A stretch of DNA of 64,000 bases from an uncultured bacterium (GTDB taxonomy: Bacteria; Omnitrophota; Omnitrophia; Omnitrophales; Aquincolibacteriaceae). The position numbers and the translations under genes were made by a program. The DNA is taken from positions 18,197-82,196 of the forward strand of contig CAYSSX010000001.1 in assembly GCA_964434115.1 (NCBI GenBank), in the 5' to 3' direction. Shown here piece after piece: positions 1 to 9,335 of the stretch (its first letter is position 1; each line of letters starts with the position of its first letter). The notes under the pieces were generated by a model. That model ran no database searches. It was given only the letters and a program-made list of their open reading frames with translations, and was not told where the DNA came from.

Positions 1-4
1 GGGA

Positions 5-460
5 ATGTTCACTCTTTTTGCCTCGGACCGGGGCTTAACCCGGCTTGAATTCCCGGGCGGTTCCGTCAAAACGTCTTTAGCAAAAGCTTCCCCGGATCAA
101 TCCAAGCTGCTGGCCGCGGCCAAGGCCAAGCTTGAAAATTATTTTTCCGGGAAAAAGGAGAATTTTTCAGATTTGAAATATGATCTTGGAGCGCTCACGC
201 AATTCGAGCAAACCGTGCTTTGCCGGCTCGCGCGTTTGAAAAAAACGGAATGCGTGAGTTATTCCGCGCTGGCGGCCCGGGCTGGAAACGCGCGCGCCGC
301 GCGGGCCGTGGGAGGCGCCATGCGGAAGAACCCTCTTCCGGTTTTGATTCCTTGCCACCGCGTTTTTTCAGCCAGCGGGAGGCTGGGAGGGTACTCCAAA
401 GGCCTGGACTGGAAACGGCGGCTCCTCAAGCTTGAAACCCTGGCCATCCCCCCGCGTTGA
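5..460 (+). CDS. ogt: Methylated-DNA--protein-cysteine methyltransferase (O6-alkylguanine repair). It may be N-terminally short because it lies close to the window edge.
   Basis: The translation has the PCHRV active-site motif (IPCHRV) and the C-terminal HTH region of the MGMT/Ogt family. The ATG is at position 5. Confidence 0.85.
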   Translation: MFTLFASDRGLTRLEFPGGSVKTSLAKASPDQSKLLAAAKAKLENYFSGKKENFSDLKYDLGALTQFEQTVLCRLARLKKTECVSYSALAARAGNARAARAVGGAMRKNPLPVLIPCHRVFSASGRLGGYSKGLDWKRRLLKLETLAIPPR

Positions 461-556
461 AATCCTTCTTGGGGCATTTCCTTAAACTGTTATATAATGC
501 GCGTCGATTTTTTAACCTTGAGGCGCTCAGCCTCCCTAAGTCGCTAGGACATTCCT

Positions 557-895
557 TTGCAGCCTAAAAAAATTGCGCTTTTGGCCCGGGATCTGATGGA
601 GGACAAAAAAGGCGAAGAGCCGATTGTTCTCGATATTTCCAAACAGTCTAGCTTCACGCATTTCTTTGTGATCACGCACGGTAATTCCGCGCCGCATGTC
701 AAAGCCATTGCCGATCATCTTTTGGATTCTTTCAAAAAACAGAAGGTCCCCGTCTTTCATAAAGAAGGTCTTGAAGTGGGGGACTGGATCATCCTGGATC
801 TCGGGGCCGTTCTGGTGCACGTGTTCCACCGCGACAAGCGGCTTTTCTACAACCTCGAAAGCCTTTGGGGTGATGCCAAGGAAGTGAAGAAGTAA
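557..895 (+). CDS. rsfS: Ribosomal silencing factor RsfS (Iojap family)
   Basis: It is 112 aa with the Iojap/RsfS pattern (ISKQSSFTHFFVITHGNS...HVKAIADHL). A TATAAT-like element (ttatataat) sits at about 508-516. Confidence 0.85.
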   Translation: MQPKKIALLARDLMEDKKGEEPIVLDISKQSSFTHFFVITHGNSAPHVKAIADHLLDSFKKQKVPVFHKEGLEVGDWIILDLGAVLVHVFHRDKRLFYNLESLWGDAKEVKK

Positions 896-900
896 AACGT

Positions 901-2568
901 ATGGCAAAAGAATTTCTTGAAGCCCTGATCGAAAAAACCCTCCGCAATTACGTCACGGAAAAAAGCCTCGAATTACCGGCAGGCTTTGCGTATGACCTGG
1001 TAGTTACGCGCGACCCCTCCCACGGCGACCTTGCCGTGAATGTGGCCTTTAAACTGGCGGGACTCCTTCGCCAGAAACCCGCCGTGATTGCCCAGGAATT
1101 TTTGCATGCCTTGGAAACTGAAAACGCGAAAACTCCCGGCACGGCGATTGAACGGATGGTCATTGCCGGCGGGGGCTTTGTTAATTTTTACCTTAAAAAG
1201 GCGTCTCTGGGGCAAGTGCTCCTTGAAGCCGTGAAGGCCGGCAAAGATTACGGAACTTCTGAATTTGGCAAGGGCAAGAAAGTTCTTTTGGAATATGTCA
1301 GCGCAAACCCGACCGGGCCTTTAACCATTGCGCACGGCCGCCAGGCCGCCATCGGCGACAGTCTGACACGGATTCTCCGGGCCGCGGGCCATGCGGTAGA
1401 TTCCGAATATTATCTGAATGACGGCGGCCGGCAGATGAACCTTCTCGGCAAAAGCCTGTGGGTCCGTTACTGCCAGGAACTTCAAATTGAAGCCGTGCTT
1501 CCGGAAGACGGGTATCAGGGCGCTTACTTGATTGACATGGCCAAGAAGCTGGTGCTTGAAAAACGGGACTCTCTTTTGAAAGAGCCTGAGGACAAGGCGG
1601 TCGATTTTTGCCGCGAGTACGCCTGCGAAGACATGATGGCCTGCATCCGCAAAGACCTTCACGATTTTCGTGTGGAGTTCGACAGCTATTTTTCCGAGCA
1701 GAACCTTTATAAAAAGAACCATGTTCAGAAGTGCCTGGATTTTCTTCAGGAAAACGGTCATTTGTTTGAACAGGACGGAGCGCTTTGGTTCCGCTCCACG
1801 GCGTTTGGGGATGATAAGGACCGCGTGATCCGCAAGTCGAGCGGGGAATACACCTACCTTGCGCCGGACATTGCCTACCACCGTTATAAATTTGACCGGG
1901 GCTACAACAAGCTCGTGGATTTTCTGGGCCCTGACCATCACGGTTATATTAACCGTATCAAGGCCTCTTGCCAGGCGCTCGGTTATGACGCCTCCCAGGT
2001 TGAGATCCGGATTGTTCAGCTTTCCACGCTCTACCGCAACGGCCAGCCGGTGCGTATGTCCACGCGCGCGGGCGAGTTTGTCACGCTCCGCGAATTGATG
2101 GATGAAGTCGGAATTGACGCGTCGCGTTTCTTTTTTATTATGCGCAAGGTGGAGAGTCATCTTGATTTTGACCTGGACCTGGCCAAACAGAAGTCTCAGG
2201 AAAATCCGGTTTACTATTTACAGTACGCGCATGCGCGTATTTCAAGCATTCTTAAATTCGCGGAGCGTGAAGTCACCACGAAAGTGAATTTGGAGCTGCT
2301 GTCTTCACCCGAGGAAACCAACCTCATTAAATTCATATCGGATTATTCCAAAGCGCTGGTGCAGGCTTCGGAATTTCTGGAGCCTTACCGGCTCGCGGAT
2401 TACCTCCACGACCTGGCTATGTGTTTTCATAAATTCTACTCCGCGCATCGCGTGGTGACAGACGACGCGGAGCTGACCAAGGCGCGCCTTCTTTTATCCG
2501 AGGCCGCGCGCATTGTCCTTCATAACGGCCTCGAACTTCTCGGCATTTCTCAGCCCGAATCCATGTGA
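901..2568 (+). CDS. argS: Arginine--tRNA ligase
   Basis: It is 555 aa with class I ArgS signatures (HGRQAAIGD, KMSTRAGEFVTLREL) and an anticodon-binding domain. Confidence 0.95.
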   Translation: MAKEFLEALIEKTLRNYVTEKSLELPAGFAYDLVVTRDPSHGDLAVNVAFKLAGLLRQKPAVIAQEFLHALETENAKTPGTAIERMVIAGGGFVNFYLKKASLGQVLLEAVKAGKDYGTSEFGKGKKVLLEYVSANPTGPLTIAHGRQAAIGDSLTRILRAAGHAVDSEYYLNDGGRQMNLLGKSLWVRYCQELQIEAVLPEDGYQGAYLIDMAKKLVLEKRDSLLKEPEDKAVDFCREYACEDMMACIRKDLHDFRVEFDSYFSEQNLYKKNHVQKCLDFLQENGHLFEQDGALWFRSTAFGDDKDRVIRKSSGEYTYLAPDIAYHRYKFDRGYNKLVDFLGPDHHGYINRIKASCQALGYDASQVEIRIVQLSTLYRNGQPVRMSTRAGEFVTLRELMDEVGIDASRFFFIMRKVESHLDFDLDLAKQKSQENPVYYLQYAHARISSILKFAEREVTTKVNLELLSSPEETNLIKFISDYSKALVQASEFLEPYRLADYLHDLAMCFHKFYSAHRVVTDDAELTKARLLLSEAARIVLHNGLELLGISQPESM

Positions 2569-3509
2569 AGCCCCGCGTACTTTTTCTCGTAGGCCCGACC
2601 GGAAGCGGTAAAACAGACGCCGCGCTCCAGCTTGCCGGGCTTCTTGACGCTGAAATTATTTCCGCAGACTCCATGCAGGTTTACCGGGGCATGGATATCG
2701 GCACCGCTAAACCGTCATCCGAAGAGCGGCTCCGCGTGCCGCATCACCTCATCGATATCCTGGAACCCACCGAGCCTTTTTCCGTTTACGAGTACCGGGA
2801 GCTTGCGCTTGAAAAAATCCGGGAAATTTCAGGGCGGGGAAAAACGCCCTTGGTTACGGGCGGAACAGGTCTTTATGTGCGCGCCATCCTCGAAGGGCTT
2901 TCCGGTCAGCCTGGCGCTTCTCCGGAAATCCGCGGGCGCCTGGACCTGGAAGTAGAGCGCTCCGGACTGGCGCTTCTTTACGAAAGACTTCAGGGCCTTG
3001 ATCCTGCCGCCGCGGAAAAAATAAAACCTGCGGATCAAAAGAGGATTGTCCGTGCGCTGGAGATTTATGAAATCTCAGGCAAAACACCTTCGGAGTGGTT
3101 TCAATCCAAACAGCCGCTTACGGAATTGGGTTTTGAGTCTCTGGTGATCGGGATGACCTGGCCCCGGGACGTCCTTTACGCGCGGATTGAACAGCGGGTG
3201 GACAGGATGTTTGAAGCAGGTCTCGTAGAAGAAGTCCGGAAGCTTTCGAGACTTGCCTTATCGCATACCGCCCTCCAGGCTGTGGGCTATAAGGAACTCC
3301 TTGAGACCCGTTCTCCTCAGGACGGGCGCTGGACTTCTGAGGCCCTGGAAACCGCCCGCGCCCGGATCAAGCTCAACAGCCGGCACCTGGCCAAACGCCA
3401 AATGACCTGGTTCCGTAAGGAGAAGGGGATTCATTGGATGGAATGCTCCCCGGACACGAACCCCGACTTGATACCCCTTCAGATCGCCAGCCTCTTCAAA
3501 AAGTCCTAA
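2565..3509 (+). CDS. miaA: tRNA dimethylallyltransferase
   Basis: It has a P-loop (GPTGSGKT) and the MiaA fold. Its ATGA start overlaps the argS stop. Confidence 0.95.
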   Translation: MKPRVLFLVGPTGSGKTDAALQLAGLLDAEIISADSMQVYRGMDIGTAKPSSEERLRVPHHLIDILEPTEPFSVYEYRELALEKIREISGRGKTPLVTGGTGLYVRAILEGLSGQPGASPEIRGRLDLEVERSGLALLYERLQGLDPAAAEKIKPADQKRIVRALEIYEISGKTPSEWFQSKQPLTELGFESLVIGMTWPRDVLYARIEQRVDRMFEAGLVEEVRKLSRLALSHTALQAVGYKELLETRSPQDGRWTSEALETARARIKLNSRHLAKRQMTWFRKEKGIHWMECSPDTNPDLIPLQIASLFKKS

Positions 3510-3595
3510 CCCATTACTCCGTATAGACTTCAAGTTCTTAATCTATTTTCTTCCGTGGTTTGCTTTACCCAAAGCAGGGGGCTATACTTAAATCA

Positions 3596-3637
3596 GAGTA
3601 ACAAAAATCACAATCGTAACATGAGAGGTTGTTACTC
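3596..3637 (+). promoter_or_regulatory. A 9-bp perfect inverted repeat GAGTAACAA-N24-TTGTTACTC immediately downstream of a TATACT -10-like element and abutting the start of the HTH-receiver gene, proposed as a candidate auto-operator
   Basis: The repeat was read directly from the sequence. The SD-like gagagg lies inside the spacer. Confidence 0.45.
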
Positions 3638-4303
3638 ATGGCACAGAAGCGAACGGCTTACTCACTTTTCGATTACGCGGAGGTTCGGACCATGGAGCAG
3701 CAAACGAAAAAGCTGTACACCACACATGAAGTGGCAAAACTCCTCGGAGTTACGCCCATCACGGTGATCCGGTGGATTGAGGGCGGCCGTTTCAAGTGCT
3801 ACACCACGGTGGGCGGCCACCGCCGTATTGAGCATGACGAACTGGTCAGGTTTGCTCAGGCTTATAACCTTCCCTGGCAGGGAGACGAAGAACTCGAAAA
3901 GAGAAAAGAATTTATTGTTTTGGCGGTTGATGACGATACGGATGTACTGGAACTTCTCAAGGATATGCTGGAAGGCATTGAGGGGTTGAAGCTGATCGCC
4001 GTGAATAATGGTTTTACCGCGGGCGCGAAGCTGGTCGAAGAAAGACCTAACCTGATCCTTCTGGACTTCAGAATGCCGGAACTGGACGGCTTTGAGTTCT
4101 GCCGCTTCGTGCGTCAGGATCCGCGTTTCAAAGATATTGCGATTCTTGGTGTCACGGGTCTTAAAGGCGCCGAAGAGATGACTCGCATGCACCAGGCCGG
4201 TGTCAACGATGTTTTAAACAAGCCCTTTGCGCTGGATGTTCTGCTTGAAAAAATCGATTCATTCCGCAATCCCCGGGGCGGTAACGGCACAGCAGCCCGC
4301 TGA
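3638..4303 (+). CDS. Response regulator with an N-terminal excisionase/MerR-like HTH (HTH_17) fused to a C-terminal receiver (REC) domain. The start is uncertain: the ORF track begins at 3629 with TTG, and an alternative ATG lies at 3692.
   Basis: The N-terminal segment LYTTHEVAKLLGVTPITVIRWIEGGRF is HTH_17-like. The C-terminal segment FIVLAVDDDTDVLELLKD...LILLDFRMPELDGFEF...ILGVTGLK is a CheY-like receiver with the Asp pocket. SD-like agagg precedes the 3638 ATG, and ggagg precedes 3692. Confidence 0.8.
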   Translation: MAQKRTAYSLFDYAEVRTMEQQTKKLYTTHEVAKLLGVTPITVIRWIEGGRFKCYTTVGGHRRIEHDELVRFAQAYNLPWQGDEELEKRKEFIVLAVDDDTDVLELLKDMLEGIEGLKLIAVNNGFTAGAKLVEERPNLILLDFRMPELDGFEFCRFVRQDPRFKDIAILGVTGLKGAEEMTRMHQAGVNDVLNKPFALDVLLEKIDSFRNPRGGNGTAAR

Positions 4304-4339
4304 GGCCGGTCCCTCCGCTCAAACGGGCAGGCGCCGTTT

Positions 4340-5380
4340 ATGACAGATGCTTTTCCCATTCACTTTTGGGGTAATCTTTTTGCGGGAGCCCTCTACACGC
4401 TTATTTTCTTTTTTGTCCTGAAAGACATGCTTCTTCCCGCCGGTTTTAAAACACCTTTTTCAATTTCCATTTTTCTTATTTTTTCCCTCATCATTCTGGG
4501 GTTTGTCGTCAGCGCTTTTTTTGAAAGTCCCTGGCAGCACCGGAATGCCGAGGCGGTTTGGCTCTTGACCGCGTCACTGCCGGGCTTCTTCTATCTTTTT
4601 CTCGGTTGGCGCAACCATTTCTTTTTCAGCTTCCTTGAAATCAAAACTTCCCGTGACCGTTTCGATAAACTCAAGGAAGAATTCCTGTCTGTGGCGTCGC
4701 ACGAACTCAGAACGCCGCTTTCCGTAATCAACGGTTTTGCGGAAATTCTTGTCCGTGAAAAACTCGGCCCGCTTAATGACGAGCAGAAGCGCCGCGTCCG
4801 GAAAATTCTGATGCAGGGTCAGCGCCTCAACCGGATCATTGATGAGCTGCTGGACTTGTCCCGCATCCGGCGCGGCAAGATCGAATGCCGGAAAGACGTC
4901 TTTGACCTTGTGCCTGTTCTCAAGGCTTGCCTGGACGATCATTTGATTGTCTGCGAGCAGCAGACCCTGGTGCTGCTGGACGAAATTCCCGATGTCCTGC
5001 CGGATGTTATGGGGGATTTGGAACGGGTGACTCAGATTGTGGTCAATCTTCTGAATAATTCCATCAAATACACAGATCCCGGCGGTAAAGTGACTCTTTC
5101 CGCCCGCCATGATAAGGATAATCAGGAAGTGGTGATTCAGGTCGCGGACTCCGGCATCGGCATTGACCCCAAAGACAAAGAAAATGTTTTCCGGGAATTT
5201 TTCCGGGTCCAGCACCCCGGTAAAAAATATTCCGGGAGCGGACTTGGCCTGGCCATCGTTAAGCAGCTGGTTGAAGCCCAGGGCGGCCGGGTTGGGGTCG
5301 AAAGTGAAGGCCTTGGTAAAGGAAGCCTCTTTTACTTCACGGTACCGACAGCCAAAATGTCATCCCCCGGAGAGTCCTGA
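4340..5380 (+). CDS. Membrane-embedded sensor histidine kinase (HisKA + HATPase_c) without an obvious periplasmic sensor domain
   Basis: There are about four N-terminal TM helices. The H-box is ASHELRTPL; the N, G1 and G2 boxes are present (NLLNNSIKYT, DSGIGI, GSGLGLAIV). It is adjacent to the response regulator. Confidence 0.85.
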   Translation: MTDAFPIHFWGNLFAGALYTLIFFFVLKDMLLPAGFKTPFSISIFLIFSLIILGFVVSAFFESPWQHRNAEAVWLLTASLPGFFYLFLGWRNHFFFSFLEIKTSRDRFDKLKEEFLSVASHELRTPLSVINGFAEILVREKLGPLNDEQKRRVRKILMQGQRLNRIIDELLDLSRIRRGKIECRKDVFDLVPVLKACLDDHLIVCEQQTLVLLDEIPDVLPDVMGDLERVTQIVVNLLNNSIKYTDPGGKVTLSARHDKDNQEVVIQVADSGIGIDPKDKENVFREFFRVQHPGKKYSGSGLGLAIVKQLVEAQGGRVGVESEGLGKGSLFYFTVPTAKMSSPGES

Positions 5381-5509
5381 AAGTTTTTCCTCTGTTTTAA
5401 GAAATTTGGTGTTCCTGCCCGCCCTTTTTCGATAAAATACCCGCTTCTCAAACCGTCTTGATCACATTTCATTCTGACCACCTGATTTTTTAAGGGAGAC
5501 TTTAACGTT

Positions 5510-8347
5510 ATGAAAACTGCTGAATCCAATCCCTCAACCGTGGATCTTGCGCTCGCCGGACAAAGCCCTTGGCTTGATTCCATCAGCCGCCAGCTTTTGC
5601 GTTCCGGAGAATTGAAGTCTTTGATTCGCAATGCCAGGATCCTCGGCGTGACCTCCAACCCCACGATTTTCGAAATGGCCATCAGCAAGCCTGGCGGCGG
5701 TTATGAAAAAGACATTCAGAGTCTTGCCCGCAAGGGGGCCTCAACGCTCGCGATTTATGATGCCCTGACGATTTCCGATATTCAGGCGGCCTGTGATCTC
5801 TTCAAGGAAGTTTATTCGGGTTCCAAGGGCGAGCACGGTTTTGTCAGTCTTGAAGTGCGGCCTGATCTTGCCCATGACCAGGAACGCACGGTCGAAGAGG
5901 CTCTTAAACTCGTGAAAGCCGTGAACCGCCCAAACCTTATGATCAAAGTTCCGGCTACTCCCGCCGGCGTTCACGCGTTCCGCGATTTAACGGCGCTCGG
6001 CGTCAATGTGAACGTGACTTTGATTTTCACGCTTCAGCATTACACCGATGTTTTGAACGCGTATCTCGAAGGTCTTGAAGCCCGTAAAGCCAAAGGGCAG
6101 GACCTTTCCAAGGTGCATTCCGTGGCCAGTGTTTTTGTCAGCCGTTTTGATAACACCATTGACGGCCAGCTTTCACGCCTTCAGGAAATGGAATCCGATG
6201 ATGCCGAGCGTAAGGATCTGGAAAGCCTCAAGGGAAAAGCCGCGATCGCGAATTGCAAAGTGATTTATCAGGAATTCCGGAAAGTTCTGGAATCCGAACG
6301 CGTCCGCAAACTGCGCAATGCCGGTGCCACGGTTCAGAAAGTCCTTTGGGGCAGCACAAGTGTGAAAAATCCCAAATACCCGGATCTTCTTTATGTGGAT
6401 ACCCTGGTAGGCCCCGAGACGGTGAACACGATGCCGAGAGTGACGCTGGATGCGCTTCTTGATCACGGCTGTATCCGTCCGGGAACGGTGCTGGAAAATG
6501 CCGCCGGCGCCCGGCAGGTGATTGAGCGGTTGAAAGAGTGGGGGATCGATATTGATGAGACCGGCCAGAAACTTCAGCACGACGGCCTCATTGCTTTTGA
6601 AAATTCTTTTGATTCCCTGATGAAGACCCTGGAAATTGCGCGCGGGTCTTCCAAAAAAATCCCCGCCGTGAAAATTTCCTACACAGTCTCCAAAAAGACG
6701 CTCGCCTCGCTTCCGCTTCCTCAAATGGAGAAAGACCATTTTGTAGAGCGTTTTTATCACAATGATCCCACGATTTGGAAGGAAGACGCGGATCATCAAA
6801 AGGTGATTAAAAACCGCTTGGGGTGGTTGAAGTCGCCGGAGTGGATGCTCGGCCGGCTGTATGAAATTGATGAGCTTCAGGCGCAGGTGAAGAGTGAAGG
6901 CATCAAGGACATTGTTCTGCTGGGTATGGGCGGTTCAAGTCTTGCCCCGGAAGTGCTGAGCCTGATTTGCCGCACGTCTAAGACCCCGCGGTTCTATGTG
7001 CTGGACACAACCGACCCGGCAAGCGTGCTCGGAGTCCTGTCCAAAATTAAAATAAAGACAGCGCTCTTCATTGTTTCAAGCAAATCCGGTTCCACGGTTG
7101 AAACCATGTCGCAGTTTCAGTTTTTTTACGCCCATGCCCTTAAAGCGTATGGAAAAAAGGCGGACGCCGCGGTCTCGGCCGGCCGTCATTTCATCGCGAT
7201 CACGGATGAAGGATCCCGTTTGCAGCAGGAAGGCCATGCGAAACATTTCCGCAAGGTCTTTATCAATCCGTCCAATATCGGCGGCCGTTATTCCGCGCTC
7301 TCGCTTTTTGGGCTTGTTCCGGCCGCGGTCCTTGGAATTCCCGTCAGGAAGATCCTGGAGTCCGCGCTTGCGCTGTACAGCCAGTCTTCCAAAGAATTGA
7401 AGCTGAAAAAGAACGCGCCCTTTTATCTCGGAACGCTCATCGGTGTCCTTGCCCGTGAAGGCCAAGACAAGCTGACGATTCTTTCCTCAAAATCCCTGGC
7501 CTCTTTCGGCGCCTGGCTGGAACAGCTGATTGCCGAAAGCACGGGCAAAGAAGGAAAGGGCGTGGTGCCTGTGGACGGTGAGGCCCTGGGAACTCCTGAA
7601 GTTTACGGAGAGGACCGGGCTTTTCTGGTGCTTCGTCAAAAATCCGAAAAAGATGCGCGCTTTGAATCCCGTGTGAAGGCTCTTAAAAAAGCGGGCTTTC
7701 CCGTGATTGAAGTGGTTTGGCCGGATCCGTTGAGCATTGGCGCGGAGTTTCTGGCCTGGGAAATCGTGACCGTTGTTTCCAGCGCTGTGCTTGGGGTGAA
7801 TCCCTTTGATGAGCCCAATGTTAAGGAAAGCAAGGACAACACGACGCGCATTCTTGCCGAGGCCGAAAAACTGGGTGATATTCCTCAGCTGGTTCCGGTC
7901 ACGAAGATCCGTGACGAGATTGATTTCGCTTCTTTTTTTAAGGGGCTTCGTGAACCCAGTCCGTATGTGGCCTTCCTGGCTTACATTGACCGCACTCCGC
8001 AGACCGCAAAGGTTCTGGCCCGAATCCAGGCGCGGATGCGTGACGGAGTCAAACTTCCGGTTCTGATTGGTTTTGGACCGCGTTACCTTCATTCGATCGG
8101 ACAGCTTTACAAGGGCGGGCCTTCCAAGGGCGGTTTTATTGTTCTTTTGAACCAGGACCCGAAAGACGCGCCAATTCCGCACGCGAAGTTTACTTTCGCG
8201 CAGCTTAAAAAGGCCCAGGGGATCGGGGATGCCCAGGCTGCGGCGGACCGCGAGCGTCCGCTCCTGACTTTGGATCTGGGCCGTGACCTTTTGAAAGGCC
8301 TTGAAACTTTTGACAAGAAGCTTGCTGAGTACTTGAAAAAGAAGTAA
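5510..8347 (+). CDS. Bifunctional transaldolase / glucose-6-phosphate isomerase fusion (945 aa)
   Basis: The N-terminal ~370 aa is transaldolase-like (ILGVTSNPTIF, Schiff-base Lys region). The C-terminal ~550 aa is PGI-like (LLGMGGSSLAPEV, GGRYSALS). RBS aagggag lies upstream. Confidence 0.85.
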   Translation: MKTAESNPSTVDLALAGQSPWLDSISRQLLRSGELKSLIRNARILGVTSNPTIFEMAISKPGGGYEKDIQSLARKGASTLAIYDALTISDIQAACDLFKEVYSGSKGEHGFVSLEVRPDLAHDQERTVEEALKLVKAVNRPNLMIKVPATPAGVHAFRDLTALGVNVNVTLIFTLQHYTDVLNAYLEGLEARKAKGQDLSKVHSVASVFVSRFDNTIDGQLSRLQEMESDDAERKDLESLKGKAAIANCKVIYQEFRKVLESERVRKLRNAGATVQKVLWGSTSVKNPKYPDLLYVDTLVGPETVNTMPRVTLDALLDHGCIRPGTVLENAAGARQVIERLKEWGIDIDETGQKLQHDGLIAFENSFDSLMKTLEIARGSSKKIPAVKISYTVSKKTLASLPLPQMEKDHFVERFYHNDPTIWKEDADHQKVIKNRLGWLKSPEWMLGRLYEIDELQAQVKSEGIKDIVLLGMGGSSLAPEVLSLICRTSKTPRFYVLDTTDPASVLGVLSKIKIKTALFIVSSKSGSTVETMSQFQFFYAHALKAYGKKADAAVSAGRHFIAITDEGSRLQQEGHAKHFRKVFINPSNIGGRYSALSLFGLVPAAVLGIPVRKILESALALYSQSSKELKLKKNAPFYLGTLIGVLAREGQDKLTILSSKSLASFGAWLEQLIAESTGKEGKGVVPVDGEALGTPEVYGEDRAFLVLRQKSEKDARFESRVKALKKAGFPVIEVVWPDPLSIGAEFLAWEIVTVVSSAVLGVNPFDEPNVKESKDNTTRILAEAEKLGDIPQLVPVTKIRDEIDFASFFKGLREPSPYVAFLAYIDRTPQTAKVLARIQARMRDGVKLPVLIGFGPRYLHSIGQLYKGGPSKGGFIVLLNQDPKDAPIPHAKFTFAQLKKAQGIGDAQAAADRERPLLTLDLGRDLLKGLETFDKKLAEYLKKK

Positions 8348-8457
8348 GTGATTCCTGGCAGGAATCCGCGGGTTAACTTTTAGGCGAGAATAGACGAATA
8401 ATGAAGTAATTTTTTACGCCTCTCCTTAACTTTCCCAACAAGGAATTTTCAAATTCT

Positions 8458-9246
8458 ATGCTTCGTAAAAACCAGAAGATCTTGGCCTCTCTTTTCGTGT
8501 GGGTTCTTTTTTTAAACGGCTGCGCTTCTTCCCCGACAACGCCTTCCGCGGTTTCGATGAACTTCCCGAAACCCCTGGGTCCTACGACCGTGTCGCTTCC
8601 CGCGCCCTACACGGCCATGAGAACCTTGACGCATGAAGTCGGGCCCCAGGAAACCCTGTGGCGGATCTCGAAAATGTATAACGTCGGAATTGATGAGCTG
8701 ATGAGGGCCAACAACCTGACGGATGCCTCGGCCATCAATAACGGGCAGAAGCTGATTATTCCCAACACCGCGGGGCCTGTACCCGTGATTCCTCTTTACC
8801 CCACGCGCCGCTGGACCTATATCGTTATCCACCACACGGCCACGGAGTCGGGCAATGCCCGCAGTATCGACGTGCTGCACCATAACCGGGGTTTTTGGAA
8901 CGGCCTTGGGTATCACTTCCTGATTGATAACGGGACTAATTCAAAGCTGGACGGACAGATCGAAGTGGGGCCCCGCTGGGTGAAGCAGGAAGACGGGGCT
9001 CATGCCAACAAGGCGGGGATGAACGAAAAGGGAATCGGGATCTCCCTGGTGGGCAACTATTCGGAAACCTATGTTTCAGAAGCCTCTCTGGACTCCCTGG
9101 TCTTTCTGGTTCATACCCTGATGAATTATTACCGGATTCCGGAAGCTCATGTGATCCGCCACCGGGATGTTCCGGGAAAAAATACCGAATGCCCGGGCAA
9201 TAACTTCCCCTGGGCTGAATTCAAGCGCCGCCTTGCCGCGGCCTGA
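8458..9246 (+). CDS. LysM-domain N-acetylmuramoyl-L-alanine amidase (Amidase_2/PGRP fold), a predicted lipoprotein
   Basis: It has a signal peptide with lipobox FLNGC, a LysM segment (ETLWRISKMYNVGIDELMRANNL) and an Amidase_2 core (YIVIHHTATE...GYHFLID...ECPG). Confidence 0.8.
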   Translation: MLRKNQKILASLFVWVLFLNGCASSPTTPSAVSMNFPKPLGPTTVSLPAPYTAMRTLTHEVGPQETLWRISKMYNVGIDELMRANNLTDASAINNGQKLIIPNTAGPVPVIPLYPTRRWTYIVIHHTATESGNARSIDVLHHNRGFWNGLGYHFLIDNGTNSKLDGQIEVGPRWVKQEDGAHANKAGMNEKGIGISLVGNYSETYVSEASLDSLVFLVHTLMNYYRIPEAHVIRHRDVPGKNTECPGNNFPWAEFKRRLAAA

Positions 9247-9335
9247 TTTCCTCCGCAGGGCTTGAAACTTGGGGCTTAAAGCCTTAAACTGCTGCCTGTT
9301 TGACTCAAAAATCTTCACGAGGACGGGCCTCCTTA

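Noticed and set aside
3555-3570. A third copy of GGTTTGC upstream of the HTH-receiver gene, considered as part of the GGTTTGCA..CGCAAAC element
   Set aside because: Only the first half is present. The complementary GCAAAC arm is absent, so it was not counted as an instance.
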